DNA of 64,000 bases, from NCBI GenBank assembly GCA_023205875.1, contig CP060759.1, positions 434,001-498,000 on the forward strand. Reading direction: 5' to 3'. Each line of letters begins with the position of its first letter. The first letter of the stretch is position 1. The notes beneath the pieces are model-generated. The model did no database searches and was not told the origin of the DNA. It worked only from the letters and a program-made list of their open reading frames with translations. Below, in pieces: positions 24,601-36,742 of this stretch. Position numbers and translations under genes: made by a program. Source of the DNA: Chloropicon primus (taxonomy: Eukaryota).

Positions 24601-25867
24601 CACGACACGGAATAGATGGTCGAGGTCAACTTGGGCAGAACAACAGCGCAGCTGGGTTCGGGCTGGTTCCCGATGTCCCATATCCTGATCGTTCGGTCGT
24701 AGGATGAGGTTGCCAGCATGTTCGGGTTGTTGACCTTGAACTGGCACGCGAAAACCGTCTCGGTGTGGCCGCACGCGGTGTGCCAAATCAAGCTCTCCTT
24801 CGTTGGCGAATACAAGGCAACCGCGCCGTTCTTGAACGTCATCATCACCCTCGCTTCCTTCGGGTACGAGTTCTGGCTGCTCACGAAGGTCGCCGTCTTG
24901 ATATCACTCGCTATGCCGACTTTCAAGGACTTCATGAACGTCGTTTGCGCCACGTTCCAGAGCTTGAGCACGTCTCCCCTCGCCGAGCACGTCAAAAAAC
25001 TCCCTGGGCAAGACTTTCCGATGAAGAACGCACTTTTCGTCGACCCTACGGGCTGCCTCGTGAACGCGCTCACCTCCCTGCCATTCGTGATGTCGTAAAG
25101 AAGCAAGGCCCCGTTCGCCAAAAGTATCAATATGAAGTCGCTCGAACAGGGGTCCCAATCCATGCTAACAACGGCAGAAGTCAAGTTCTGCTTGGACGTC
25201 TTCTTGCTCGCCGTGTCGTGCAAGAAGATGGTTGCCCCGTGCTTCTCGCCGCAGTCGTAGCCTATCGCGAGCAAGTTTGACTGGAAGGTGCTCTGCTGGA
25301 AGGAGATCAGTTTGCTTCCCTTCGGCAGCCTATCTCCCACAGGAAGCGGCTGGAAGGTCCCCTCCTTGACGAGGGCTACGTGGCACATCACAGAAGTTGT
25401 GCAGAATATCTTATTGGGGTCGTCCGCATCCCATGTCATCCTCTCCACCTTCTGCCCCTTGGTCTCCACGCTGAACAACCGGTTACCGCTCTCCATATTC
25501 CACACCCTTATGATACCGTCGCTGCTGAATACGGCAAGGTCCTGCAAGAAAGAAACCCAAAAGGGTCCCACACAAAAGTCAGTCATTCAGCAAAAGAAAA
25601 CCTTAGAGACTCGACACAAATCCCTCTCTAAGTCAATGAAGGCCTCCACCTCGGTGCACTGGTACCTACCTTGTCTGACCTCGGACACCCAGCAAGGCAT
25701 ATAATCGTGTTCTCCGGGTAGTTTATTATCCTTTCGAGCTGCATGTCCTCCGACCTGTACACGTAGACACTCAGGGTCGCGGCATAAGCGTAATACTTTC
25801 CTGTGGAGCAACATGGCTTCTCGCTCAGTTGGCTGGAACCCGAAGGTATCACAATCTGCTGCTTCAT
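21654..25867 (-). CDS. WDR17: WD repeat-containing protein 17-like, 2 exons
   Basis: N-terminal YAYAATLSVYVY, GHTETVFACQFK, many WD40 repeats, WDKALAVAP, C-terminal LEDEISAISIGEAVMWQSVCSFSPLATG; intron 25542-25669. Confidence 0.85.
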
Positions 25868-26544
25868 AGCGTCCCGCTAGTGAGGGCCAGGACGGAGAAG
25901 GACTCCCTGGGGCCAAAACTGAGGGTCTCGTACAACTCAGACTGCAGCGTGGTCACCCTGTGGACGCCGAGCTCGCTGCAAACGTACGCCTTGATCAAAA
26001 AGGGCAGAGGAATAGAGGAATCTATCCTATCTATCTCGAGGAACTCTATAATACTACCCTATCCTCGTCGTCCAAGTCCGCAAGCAAAACCTTTCGCTTT
26101 TCACACAAAGGTGGTATCTTTAGGCGTGCGAGTGCGCGCGTAATGCAAGATGGCAACCACCGGGACGTGAGCCGACACCGGAGAACACAACCCAAGGCCC
26201 TGTCCCTTTTGTCCCACCTCACCTCGAGGAACTTTGGTTTTGACCCTATTGAAACCAAAAAACGAAACACGAGCCCCCAAAAAATCAAAAATCAAATTTC
26301 AAACATAATCGCACATTTAACACTATACTTTGAAAAGTGCTTCGACCCAACCCAGCAGAGGAGCAAGGAGGTCGGCGATCGTGCGTCGAGGAGGGAGGGC
26401 GTCTGTTACCGGAGAGGTCTTTGCGTAACGTACGGGAGTTCCTTTTTTTTGTCTTGTCTCGCGTTTATCTTTCCAAAGACACCTCGCTTGCTCGATTTGG
26501 TCACCGGACGGGTCGGAAAGAGGGAGAAGTCTGGGACGGTGAGG

Positions 26545-28320
26545 ATGAGGATGAGGATGAGGAGCGGGAGGGGAGGGGCGAGGGAGGGGCGAGGGAGGTG
26601 GTTCGCGACGGAGAGAAACTCTGAGACGGTGGCGTGCTCGACACGTGGTGGCCTCGTCTCGTCTCTCGGGCGCGCGACGCCGGACGGAACAGAGGAGAGG
26701 AGGAGGAGGAAGCTTATCCGTAGCCGTGTGGTCGCCCTCGCCGTGACAGAGGGGAGCGAAGAGATGCAGTCGTCGTCTGCTCCGGCGGATGGTAACTTGA
26801 GAGCTGTGGCGACGGGTCTGCTGGGCCTCATCGATGGGGAGCAGGGAGGCGTCGCCGGTGTCGCTGAGGAGGAGGAGGAGGAGGGAGTCAGGGGCTTGTT
26901 CGAGGCGGACGAGGAGGAAGGGGGCAGCAAGAAGAAGCGGAAACTCCCGACGGTGGTCATCGTGGGGCGCCCAAACGTCGGAAAGTCTGCGCTCTTCAAC
27001 AGGCTGTCTGGGAGGCAGGCCGCCCTCGTTGCGGACATCCCGGGTGTGACCCGAGACCGGCTCTACACGGAAGTGACGTCGGAGGACAAGGACTTCGTCC
27101 TCGTGGACACGGGGGGCCTCTTCTCCGAGTCCGACTTCAAGAACGACCTCAACCCCGAAGTGCTTCGGGGCAAGATGACGAAGCAGGTTGGGGCGGCCCT
27201 GGAGGAGGCGCTGGCTCTGGTCTTCGTCGTGGACGGGCAGGAGGGGGTGACGCTGTCGGACATGGAGATCGCAAAGTGGCTCCGGTACAACCACTCGGAC
27301 AAGAGGATTATCTTGAGCGTGAACAAGTGCGAGAGCACCTCCATAGGGGACGCCCTTTCGACGGACTTCTGGAAGCTTGGGTTTGGCGAGCCCCACGCCG
27401 TTTCCGCAATATCGGCGACGGGCATCTTTGAGCTCATGGAGTCCATCCAAGGAGCGATCGAGGAGAACGAGCACAAGAAAAAGGCTTCCAAGACGGCGGC
27501 GAGCGAGGAGAAGGAGTACACGAAGATCGCATTCGTAGGGAGGCCCAACGTGGGCAAGAGCAGCATGGTGAACAACATCTTGAGGTCAAACCGAATGATT
27601 GTCAACGACGCCAGCGGGACGACGACAAACTCGGTGGACTCTTACATCACCATAGGGGAGAGTGACTACTGCTTCATAGACACGGCTGGGCTGAGGAAGC
27701 TGGCGAGCGTGCAGGGGACCAATGACGTGATTGAGAGGCTCTCCGTCAAGCAGTCTCTCCGGTCCATCAGGGAATCTGATGTGACTGTGTTGCTCCTTGA
27801 TGCTGCCATGGGCCCGACGAAGCAAGACTTTCGAATCGCGGAGGAGTGCCAGAAGCACGGCTGCGCGTGCGTGATCGCCATCAACAAGTGGGACATCTTC
27901 CCTGACAACTCCTACGAGGACCAGCTGGAATATAAGGAGTTTCTTTTGGAGAGCATGAGAAACATCTCTTGGGCGAAAGTGGTCTTCACGAGCGCGCTTG
28001 AAAACAGCAGCAGAAAGAAGGTGATACGAGCCGTGGAGAGCTGCCTCTCGGAGTACAACAAGAGGCTCCCCACGGCGCTGCTCAACTCGATCGTCCAGGA
28101 AGCTGTGGCTTGGAACTCCCCCCCTTGCAGCAGCACAAAGGCTGGTAAAATCTATTACTGCACGCAGGCCTCGGTGAGACCCCCGTCGTTCGTGTTCTTC
28201 GTGAACCACCCCGACCTGTTCGACGACCAGTACACCAAGTACATGGAGAACCAGCTGAGGAAGAACGCGGGGTACGAGGGCACGCCGCTCAGAATCTATT
28301 GGAGGGGAAAGGCAAACTAG
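26545..28320 (+). CDS. der: Organellar (probably plastid) double-GTPase Der/EngA
   Basis: Two GRPNVGKS G1 motifs, GVTRDR, DTGG/DTAG, NKCE/NKWD, KH-like C-terminus KIYYCTQASVRPPSF; start codon uncertain. Confidence 0.92.
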   Translation: MRMRMRSGRGGAREGRGRWFATERNSETVACSTRGGLVSSLGRATPDGTEERRRRKLIRSRVVALAVTEGSEEMQSSSAPADGNLRAVATGLLGLIDGEQGGVAGVAEEEEEEGVRGLFEADEEEGGSKKKRKLPTVVIVGRPNVGKSALFNRLSGRQAALVADIPGVTRDRLYTEVTSEDKDFVLVDTGGLFSESDFKNDLNPEVLRGKMTKQVGAALEEALALVFVVDGQEGVTLSDMEIAKWLRYNHSDKRIILSVNKCESTSIGDALSTDFWKLGFGEPHAVSAISATGIFELMESIQGAIEENEHKKKASKTAASEEKEYTKIAFVGRPNVGKSSMVNNILRSNRMIVNDASGTTTNSVDSYITIGESDYCFIDTAGLRKLASVQGTNDVIERLSVKQSLRSIRESDVTVLLLDAAMGPTKQDFRIAEECQKHGCACVIAINKWDIFPDNSYEDQLEYKEFLLESMRNISWAKVVFTSALENSSRKKVIRAVESCLSEYNKRLPTALLNSIVQEAVAWNSPPCSSTKAGKIYYCTQASVRPPSFVFFVNHPDLFDDQYTKYMENQLRKNAGYEGTPLRIYWRGKAN

Positions 28321-28402
28321 CACTGGCCTTGGCGACGCGTCTCCTTGCGGCCGCAAAAAAGGGAGAGAAAACAATTATAAACCAAACCGTTTACCGTTTT
28401 TA

Positions 28403-30025
28403 CTACTTGCTACCAAAACCCCTCGCAGGTGCAGATTTCTTGACACGCTTCCTAAGCACTTTTCCCTTGGATACCTTGCGCCCAACTGCGCCCTGAAGCT
28501 GCTGCGAGGGCAGGCCTTTGATGTTCTGGATCCCGTCCTCCCCGATAAGGCCCGCAAGATCCTCCTTGGCCGACATGATCTGGGAGAGGTTCTGCATTTG
28601 CTTCCTCACCCCCATGAACTGGTTTATCATGGATTGCACCGTGTCGATGTCGTTGTTCGACGCCTCAGCGATTCTCTTCTGTATCTCCGGCGACACCGCG
28701 ACCATATCCGGGTCTTCCCTCTCCTCTTCCGTCATCACTTCCACCATCTCCTTGATCTTGGTCATGCTCCTCTCGGCCTCCATCATCTGCCGGTCGGACA
28801 CCTTGTTCAAGCCCGGGATCATCCGCATGGTTTGACCGAGCGCTCCCATTCTGTTCATCATGTTCATCTGCTCCAAGAAATCGTTAAAGTCGAACTTGGC
28901 GCTCATGATCCTGTTCTGCAGCCTCTCGACCTCCTCCTCCTTGAAGGCATCCTCGGCCTTCTCCACCAAGGTGAGAACGTCTCCCATCCCGAGAATTCTC
29001 GACGCCATGCGGTCTGGATAAAATGGCTCGATGTCCCCCATCTTCTCGCCGTTGGACACGAACTTGATTGGCTTGCCAGTCACGGCCTTCATGGACAAGG
29101 CCGCCCCTCCTCTGCTGTCTCCGTCCGCCTTGGACAGGATCGCGCCAGTCAACCCTATCTCGTCGTCAAACGTCTTGACCAAGTTCGCGCTCTCCTGGCC
29201 GGTCATCGCGTCCACGACCAGTATGGCGTCCGTCGGGTCCACCTCGTCCTTGATGTTCTGCAGCTCCGCCATCATGTCAGAATCGATCTGGAGCCTCCCC
29301 GCGGTGTCCACGATCACGCTCGTGTGCCCGCCCTCCTTGGCGTACTCCACCCCTCTCTTGACGACGTCCACTGGGTTGTCGGACCCCTCGACCGCGAAGA
29401 CGGGAACCTCGATCCTCGCGCCGAGCTTCTTGAGCTGCTCCACGGCGGCCGGCCTGTACGTGTCCGCAGCGACCAGGCAAACCGACTTTCCTTCCTCCTT
29501 CAACAAGTTTGCGAGCTTCCCGCAAGTGGTCGTTTTGCCCACACCCTGGAGCCCCAGCATGAGGATGACTTGCCTCTCCCCCTCCTCCCCCGCCAGCTTC
29601 TCGTTCTCGTTCCCCATCAGGCTCACCAGCTCGTCCCTCACCACCTTCACCAGCTGCTGGTCAGGCTCCAAACCTCTCAAGACCCCTGCACCCGTGGCCT
29701 TCTTCTCCACGTTCTTGATGAACGACCGCGTCACGGTCAGCGAGACGTCCGCCTCCAGCAGAGCGCGACGTATGTCCTTCAGCGGCTCCTTCAGGTTCGA
29801 CGGCGTCAGCTCGTCCACCCCCTTCACCTTCCTCCAGGTATCGTCCAACCTCCTGGTCAGTTGGCCGAAACCCGCCCAAGCGATGTGGTTTCCCCTCCTC
29901 GCCCTTTCTCTGCCGGGTCTCAAAGAGTGAGGACCGCGTCGTGGAAACGCAATGGCCGTCCTCGCGACTGCCCTTCGGGTCAACGCCGCCCGCCGGTGCC
30001 CTCCCACCTTCCCCTGCGCCCTCAT
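28403..30025 (-). CDS. cpSRP54: Chloroplast signal recognition particle 54 kDa subunit
   Basis: IRRALLEADV, GLQGVGKTT, DTAGRLQ, DAMTGQ, DGDSRGGAALS, FYPDRMASRILGMGD, C-terminal RGFG. Confidence 0.95.
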   Translation of the reverse strand: MRAQGKVGGHRRAALTRRAVARTAIAFPRRGPHSLRPGRERARRGNHIAWAGFGQLTRRLDDTWRKVKGVDELTPSNLKEPLKDIRRALLEADVSLTVTRSFIKNVEKKATGAGVLRGLEPDQQLVKVVRDELVSLMGNENEKLAGEEGERQVILMLGLQGVGKTTTCGKLANLLKEEGKSVCLVAADTYRPAAVEQLKKLGARIEVPVFAVEGSDNPVDVVKRGVEYAKEGGHTSVIVDTAGRLQIDSDMMAELQNIKDEVDPTDAILVVDAMTGQESANLVKTFDDEIGLTGAILSKADGDSRGGAALSMKAVTGKPIKFVSNGEKMGDIEPFYPDRMASRILGMGDVLTLVEKAEDAFKEEEVERLQNRIMSAKFDFNDFLEQMNMMNRMGALGQTMRMIPGLNKVSDRQMMEAERSMTKIKEMVEVMTEEEREDPDMVAVSPEIQKRIAEASNNDIDTVQSMINQFMGVRKQMQNLSQIMSAKEDLAGLIGEDGIQNIKGLPSQQLQGAVGRKVSKGKVLRKRVKKSAPARGFGSK

Positions 30026-30311
30026 GTCTCTCGTCCTCTCGTCCTCTCTCTCTCTCTCCTGGAGCCTTATCCAGTTTGCTGCAGATCTTTGTCTTTGTCT
30101 TTTCCAGGAGAGAGAGAAAGAGGGAGAGAGAGAGAGGGAATGGGAATGGAATGGAGGGAGAGAGAGAGGGATCAGGAGGGGGAGCACTGTCTTGCATTCT
30201 CTGCCTTTGTCTCTCTTTCTGTCCGATCAAGGGATCCCTTGGACCGGCAAGTTTGCTGAAGGAAGGAAGGAGAAGGGGGGCTAGAGCCTCTCCGCAGTTT
30301 ATGTTTATTTG

Positions 30312-31248
30312 TTATGACTCGCCCAGCTTTCGGCATATGGCGATTCCGTCGCCGACGGGAAGGACGGTCAGCTCGATCCTGTCGTCCTCGCGCAGGTACT
30401 GGTTGAGCTCCCGGATCGCTATCGTGTTCTTATCGTTTCTCTCCGAGTCCACCACCCTCCCGTACCACAGGACGTTGTCCACCACCACCAGACCCCCTGG
30501 CCGGACGAGCTTGAGGCACTGCTCGTAGTAAGTCTTCTGCGCCCTCTTGTTGGCGTCGATGAAGGCGAAATCAAAGTCGCTCCTGCCTTGGTCCACGAGC
30601 CTTTGCACCTCCACAGCCGCATCTCCTTCGATCGCCTTGACCTTGTGGGCCACCCCAGCCTTCTCGCAGAATCCCTTCGCGACCTTGAGGATCTCTGGGT
30701 CCCTCTCGAACGCGTACAGGACGCCGTCCTCCGGCAGGGCTTGGGCTATCCCCACCGTACTGTACCCCGTGAACACCCCAATCTCAATGGCCCTGCCAAA
30801 GCAAACAGGAGAGGAGAGGAGAGGAGGATGGGGATCAGAACGCTTTGCTATTGCAATGCCGCGAACAAACGCTTGCTTACCTCTGTGCCCTTAACATCTT
30901 CAGCAAAAGCGCGAAGAGCCTCACCTGCTCAGGGGAGGACTTCATGTGCCCGGCCGGGAGTCCGGTCGTGTAGTCGCTTATCTCCCCCAGGATGGGCGAC
31001 TCGTCGTTCAGGTTGACCATGTAAGAGTAAAGGTCACTTGTCATCTCGGTGAACTTGTCGTTCCCGCTCCTCACCACCGAAGACAGCGGACGACGACGAC
31101 GTTGGTGTTGGTCCAGAACGCCGCGGCGACACCTGGCGCAGACCCGACGACGGAAAAGCGGAACACGACCCCTCCCCGCCATCCCCGCCATCTTCTCCAC
31201 CCTCATCGTCATCATCGTCATCTTCGTCCTCGTCATGGTCATCGTCAT
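30312..31248 (-). CDS. Class I SAM-dependent O-methyltransferase (CCoAOMT/COMT-domain type), 2 exons
   Basis: R|AIEIGVFTGYS, FDFAFIDANK, GGLVVVDNVLWYG, LPVGDGI; intron 30793-30880; start uncertain, with a transit-peptide-like N-terminus. Confidence 0.9.
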
Positions 31249-31436
31249 TCCCTTTCAGCAACGGCAACGAGGACGAGGACGAGGACAAGTCAGCCAACAA
31301 CACACGAACACGATGCCTTTCCTCTCGGTGAAGTTGAAGGTGGGATGGAGTGACGATGAACGATGATGACGACGAAGGGAAGCGGAGGGCTTCCTGTGTC
31401 CTGGTGTGTCCGAGTGCCGAGCCGAAGATGGATCTC

Positions 31437-31472
31437 CACCTTGGCACCTGCACCTTGGCACCTGCACCTTGG
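31437..31472. repeat. 14-bp tandem repeat (caccttggcacctg, ~2.6 copies)
   Basis: Read directly, upstream of the O-methyltransferase gene. Confidence 0.8.
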
Positions 31473-32064
31473 TAATGTGCCACTTCGGTGACACGGAGTT
31501 GGAGTTGAGTTAGAGTTGGTGAGTGGTGTCTTTGGCTTTGGCTTTGTCTTTGGCTATGGTCTTGTCCTTTCCTCTAGCGTTTGTATAGAGCAAAAAAATA
31601 GAATCGACGACAAGACCACTTCACTTGTCTCTTGTCTCTTCATCCTATCCTAGGCTTGGTTCCCTGTCTCGATTGATCTGGAGGGGGATTACTTTATATA
31701 CTTTCCTGGTAAGTAACCTCCAGCGGAGGGCAGCAAGCTTGCTCGAAGGGTTGAGCTTCGTCACTCTCTGCGGAGTCCAAGCCTGCCACTCTCTCAAGCT
31801 GGGCGCCGCCCATGCAGGTGGACAGGAGGACCAGCACCTGACGAGGAGGAGGACCACTGAGAGGGGCGTGACGTTGCGGAGAGCAAGGGGACGGAGCGGA
31901 GCGGAAGCCTTGGCCTTGGATTGACTCGGGAGGCATCTTGCTCATCGGGTTGGTTGCAAAGCCACGGGGGCTTTGGGCTTTGGGCTTGGAAGAAAGCTTT
32001 GTCGACACGGGAGGAGGGGGGGGGTTGGTTTGGTTTTGGACATTGTCCCTTGGAAAGCGTGGTC

Positions 32065-32795
32065 ATGGGATGCTTCAAGAGGAAGAAGAGTAAGTCGACA
32101 CCCACAATCTCTTTGACGTTTCGTGGACCCATCTTGCTGACTGTGCGTGTTGACTCGAAACGGCAACGGCAGGGCCTCTGTACACCAGGGACGACTTGGA
32201 CAGGGCGGTGAGTCAGATTGACACGAGCACGACGATCATCGTGAAGCTTGACCCTTCGAGGAACGAGACGTTCGCGCAGTACCTGGAGGCCCTCGAGGAG
32301 GAGGAGGAGGAGGAGGAGGAGAGGAGGAGGAGCGTCTGTGAGGAGAGGAGAGGGTCCAAGGACATCGAGGCAACCCTTGCGGAGTCCAGCCAGAGCGGGG
32401 CTCTGAATCATGAAGCTCTGTACGACAAGATTCAGAGTGACAAGATATCAGAGCTTTCGCAGAAGAAGAGAAGGTTGTCGACGGAGAGCAACTTCTCCGT
32501 CGAGTCTTTCCCGGACGACGAGGAGACGACGAAGAAGAAAACGACCAAGAGGAAGACTGTTGTGCGCTTCCTGTCCTTCCTCGATATGAGGAGCTCCACG
32601 ATGCGGGCGTCGATGGCATCGTGGCGGAGCTCGATCGCGAGTAGAAGGAAAAGCGACTCCAACCTGTTTTCAGGAAGCTTCATCGACAGGGGGGGGCACG
32701 GGCAAAGGTCAATACGAAAGCCTATGCGAGAGAGCCTGAAGATCTTCAAGTTCTGGAAGGCGAAGAAGAATCAGAAGGTGTCGCCGGAAACGTGA
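32065..32795 (+). CDS. Hypothetical protein with an MGC + polybasic N-terminus, 2 exons
   Basis: Exon 1 32065-32089, intron 32090-32172 (gtaagt..ctgac..cag); splicing gives MGCFKRKKRPLYTRDDLDR in frame with ORF 32196-32795. Confidence 0.7.
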
Positions 32796-33386
32796 TTGTG
32801 CTGCGGATCGTCTGCGCACGCAAGGCAGGAAAACTAGCCTAGCGCTTCCATTCCTTTGGGTTGGGAGAGGAAGCACCGCCGCGGACACTGTGCCCGGGCA
32901 ACAACGATAACGTGAGTGAGTGAGAGAGAGACAGAGTGTGAGAGAGAGAGACAGAGTTCAAATTGGGCGAGGACCCTCTTGACCACCACCCAGTGGCGCC
33001 TGTGATCCAGCTGGCTCAGCGCGGCATGAGGCTTGACCCCCACCGCCAGGAGCCCCGGCTTGATATCAAGATCCGTCGTTACTGTTACTACTGTATGATA
33101 ATCTTATTAATCTTATGATATAGTACAATGATGATGAAAAGAACTTCACCAACCTTGGAAAAGAGGACCGTGACTGGCAGGGGAACCTTCATTCCCCTCA
33201 TCATCGCAGTCAAAGGAAGACCACTCCTCGACCTCGTTGTCCCTTCTCCTCTCTCCCGATGTCCGCGAGCATCTCCGCATGATGATGATTCAAAACGAAA
33301 AACGATGGTTCGCCTTGCTTGAGGGAGGCATCATCATCACAAAAGAGAGGAACCAAGAGGAGGAAAGATTGACCCTTTGCGGCGCG

Positions 33387-35351
33387 ATGGGTTGTGCCCA
33401 GTCCTCGCCTTCCCCTCCAGGTATGTCTCTCCGCAAGTGCCACCTTTCCCTTCCCTCTCTCTTCCTTTGATTCCTTCTCAAGACCCCTTTACCAGAGGTT
33501 GTCCAACGAGGGAGTGAAGCCACTGCTTGCCTTGTGTTGGGATGCGTGCCTTGCGTTGGTCAAGGAGAGGACTGACGGGTTTCTTTGTCTGCGTTCTTGG
33601 CATCGATTGTCGCTGTGTTGTCCCTTGCAGCAGAGGCTGCCGCTCGGAAAGGCGCAGGTGGTGAACCTGCTGCGAAAGGGAGTGACCAAACAAGGGACAC
33701 TGCCGTGAGGACGGTAACTGAAACGGCAGGGAAAGAGACCGAAGTGGAGGCCCTGAAGTTCGAGCCTGCCGTGGTGGAGGCATCCGATGGGCTCGATGAC
33801 CAGCTGGAGAGCGAGATGCACAGGCTGGTGCACGCCAAGGAGGAGGGACCTCCTGCGAAGCCTCAGAGGCACGGCGAGAGCAGTGCTCGAGAGCAGGAAA
33901 GGCAGGCTGGCCCTAAAGGGTCGTCCACCCAGCTGAGGGAGAGGACGAACATCATTCAGAACGATGAGATGAATGGAGAGGGTGGCAGGCAACCCAAGTA
34001 TGCGACCTTCTCGGACGACAAGGAGAACATATCTCAGGGGAGAGAACCAAGCGCTGTCGCGAGGCGCTCAAGCATCTTGCAGCTCATCGAAGACACGAGG
34101 TTCGAGGATGACTCTGACTTCGATGAGGACAATTCTGACGCCGAGTTTGACGACGAGGGCAATCGGGGTCGGTCGAACTTTGGGAATGGGGACGTGGTGC
34201 CTGTCGTGAGCAACTACAACGGGAGAAACGGGAACTTTGGCATGAATAAGCTGAACGCTCTGGACCAGGACTACCAGACGCCTGCTATGGATTCATTGTA
34301 CAAGATGAAGGACAGCCAGGACAGCCTTGCGCAGGGAAGCATGGAAGACCCCGGGCAGCTCGAGGAAGAGGAAGAGTTTGATCTGACGGGTGACCACCTC
34401 GAGCTCACGGACGCGGACGATCCTTTCTTGCGAGACAGTGGGAACGGAATCTCTATTCCTGAGCCGCCCGATGACACCACGGGCCGTGTTTCGAACTTGA
34501 ACATCACTATGGACACTGTGGAGTCCCAGAACGAGACGAACGAGGGGGTTTACGCTTTGGAGACGGGATCCTCCATGATGATGGAGGGGGCGTACACGTC
34601 GTCGGGGGAGCAGGAGGGCCACACCATAGGGACTATGGAAATGGGTGACACGCTTGGGGGCGGATACGGAAGCAGCTTCCAGGACAGGCACAACCTCAAC
34701 GACGATTCCATGGTGAGTCACCAGGATGAGGACGATGAGGACGATGAAAACGACGTGGAGGTTCAGATGGACGGGACATTTGATACGATGGGGACAAGAC
34801 GGACGGAGGACGAGGACGAAGGAGACGACGATGATGAAGAAGGCGAAGATGACGACGAAGACGACGAAGATGCCTTTGACCAGTTTGATGTGCACAACAA
34901 CAACCTTCGCAGGGGAGGGCCCGGGGAGAGCCAAGGCCCCGTTCCCATCGACACGTATGACCTCACCGAAGAGGACAAGGTTTGGAGGAGCCTCACAAAC
35001 CAGTACGCGTCGATCAACAGCGACGTTACCGTGTCGACCAATGATATTTCGGACTCCCACCACACCTTGATCTCCCAGGACGCCACCACGCTGGAGACGC
35101 ACCACACGCTCTCCCAGGACAGCGGGCCCCAAACGCTTGACAGCTTCCACGACCAGAGCAACCTGTCTCGCAAGGTGGGTGGGTGGGAAGGCGACTTCGC
35201 GATGACGGGCACGCTTATGATGGGCAACGAGAACTTGGACACCTTGCCCGAGACGGCAGAGTACAAGGAGGCTTCCCTGGACCCAAGCCTTGGCATGGAG
35301 GCCGCAGTGAACGCAGGAGACCTTGTGCTGGAGGACGAATTCGACATCTGA
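33387..35351 (+). CDS. Hypothetical acidic, probably disordered protein with an MGCAQS N-terminus, 2 exons
   Basis: Exon 1 33387-33420, intron 33421-33630 (gtatgt..ctgac..cag); in frame with the long ORF; coding-like codon usage. Confidence 0.8.
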
Positions 35352-35431
35352 AGGCGAACATGTTTTCTAATGACACAAAATAATACAAAAAGTCTTTCCT
35401 TTTTTCTTTTCCTTTGGGTCGCACAATGCGA

Positions 35432-36067
35432 TCACATACCGAGCTGAGAAATGAAGTCGTTGTAGCTGCTTTCGAGGTCGAACAGCAGCTGCCTCACTTC
35501 TTCCTCGGTCAGCCTTTGCGACGCTGGCATGCTATGCAAGAGGGAAAGCCAGTGCTTCAGCTTGACCTTCCCACTGAACTCCGGCGGAAGCTTGGACACT
35601 TTATGCAGTGACTGCATGATATCGCTCAGCAGGGGGTACACCTCATCTGTCGCAGTCATATCCAGCTTGAGGGCATCCATGGCCCCGATGTAGTACTGCA
35701 CCGTCGAGGCCACGTTCACCTCACTGGACCCCGAGCCCGAGCTCGTTCCCGAGCTAACCTTCCCGTGCTCAATCGTCGCGGGCATCCCGGAGGACACCAG
35801 CCTGTTTAGGGCGGCGGGGCACTCCATGTTGTGCTCCCGCGCAAACTGAGCGACGTCCGGCACCTGCCCCTTCAGCGTCGTGCACAACGTCCTGAATTGG
35901 GCCAACAGCTTGGTGCAGGAAGACTCGTAGTCCTTGGCGCTGATCGCGTCCCTCACGTAAGCCCTCTCCAGCTTCTCCGTCGTCTTCAGTATCGCGAACA
36001 GGTCCGCACTGTAGTCGATCATCTCCCTCTCCCTCTTGCTCGTGTAAAGCTTCACCTCCGGCGCCAT
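35432..36067 (-). CDS. VPS28: ESCRT-I subunit VPS28
   Basis: EVKLYTSKRERE, ADLFAILKTTEKLERAYVRD, MECPAALNRL, VRQLLFDLESSY. Confidence 0.95.
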   Translation of the reverse strand: MAPEVKLYTSKREREMIDYSADLFAILKTTEKLERAYVRDAISAKDYESSCTKLLAQFRTLCTTLKGQVPDVAQFAREHNMECPAALNRLVSSGMPATIEHGKVSSGTSSGSGSSEVNVASTVQYYIGAMDALKLDMTATDEVYPLLSDIMQSLHKVSKLPPEFSGKVKLKHWLSLLHSMPASQRLTEEEVRQLLFDLESSYNDFISQLGM

Positions 36068-36072
36068 CCTCT

Positions 36073-36111
<39 letters not shown>

Positions 36112-36742
36112 AGGCGCGCCGATGACTCGTCACGGCGTTGTTCCTCGCGAGCGACCGGTCAAACGAAAGACCGCGACCTCCTCCTTCCCCTGCGCCGTCC
36201 CCGTCGCCTCCCTCCTCCTCCCTTCGCCCCTCTTCCTCCGCCAAGCGCGTCCGATCGATCGTGGCGCCCTCCTCGTGCCTTCTGGCGCGCCTGATCAATC
36301 ATAGGGTTGGGGGAGACGAAGCGCGCGAGGCTCGATCGATCGACAGGCGAGAGCGAGAGGAGGGCGAGGCGATCAGGTTGTGAGGAGGGAGAGGAAAGGG
36401 AGCAGAGGTAACGATAGTGTGTCTCGAGATCTTTCCATTGTGCCCTCCATTGCCCAATTTGGCCACCGATTGACGGCAGGACAGGGGGGAGACGCTTGGC
36501 CGGGAAAGGCCGAACGAAGGGGGAGAGGAGCGCTCGCTTTGAGGAGGAGGAGGGTCGCAGGACGAGAAAGAGGGAGAGGCGGCGCTACGAAGGTGGTAGC
36601 TTGCCTTGCGATCTTTCGACTGGTACCTTGCTTGCCCAGTTTGGATACTTTTTCGGGTCACGGCACGCGCGTTGGGTTTTGTTCTTCGTCGACGGTTACT
36701 TTGTGTCTCGAGGCAGGACGGAAGGGGAAGGGAAAGGGCGAG

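Noticed and set aside
25960..26544. N-terminal ORF extension of EngA (similar extensions on CFAP36, SMARCAL1, cpSRP54, VPS28, CUL1)
   Set aside because: Non-ATG starts running through promoter/UTR microsatellite sequence; treated as non-coding
33128..33290. ATGATGA runs resembling C boxes
   Set aside because: Part of (ATG)n repeats, with no D box, terminal stem or guide nearby
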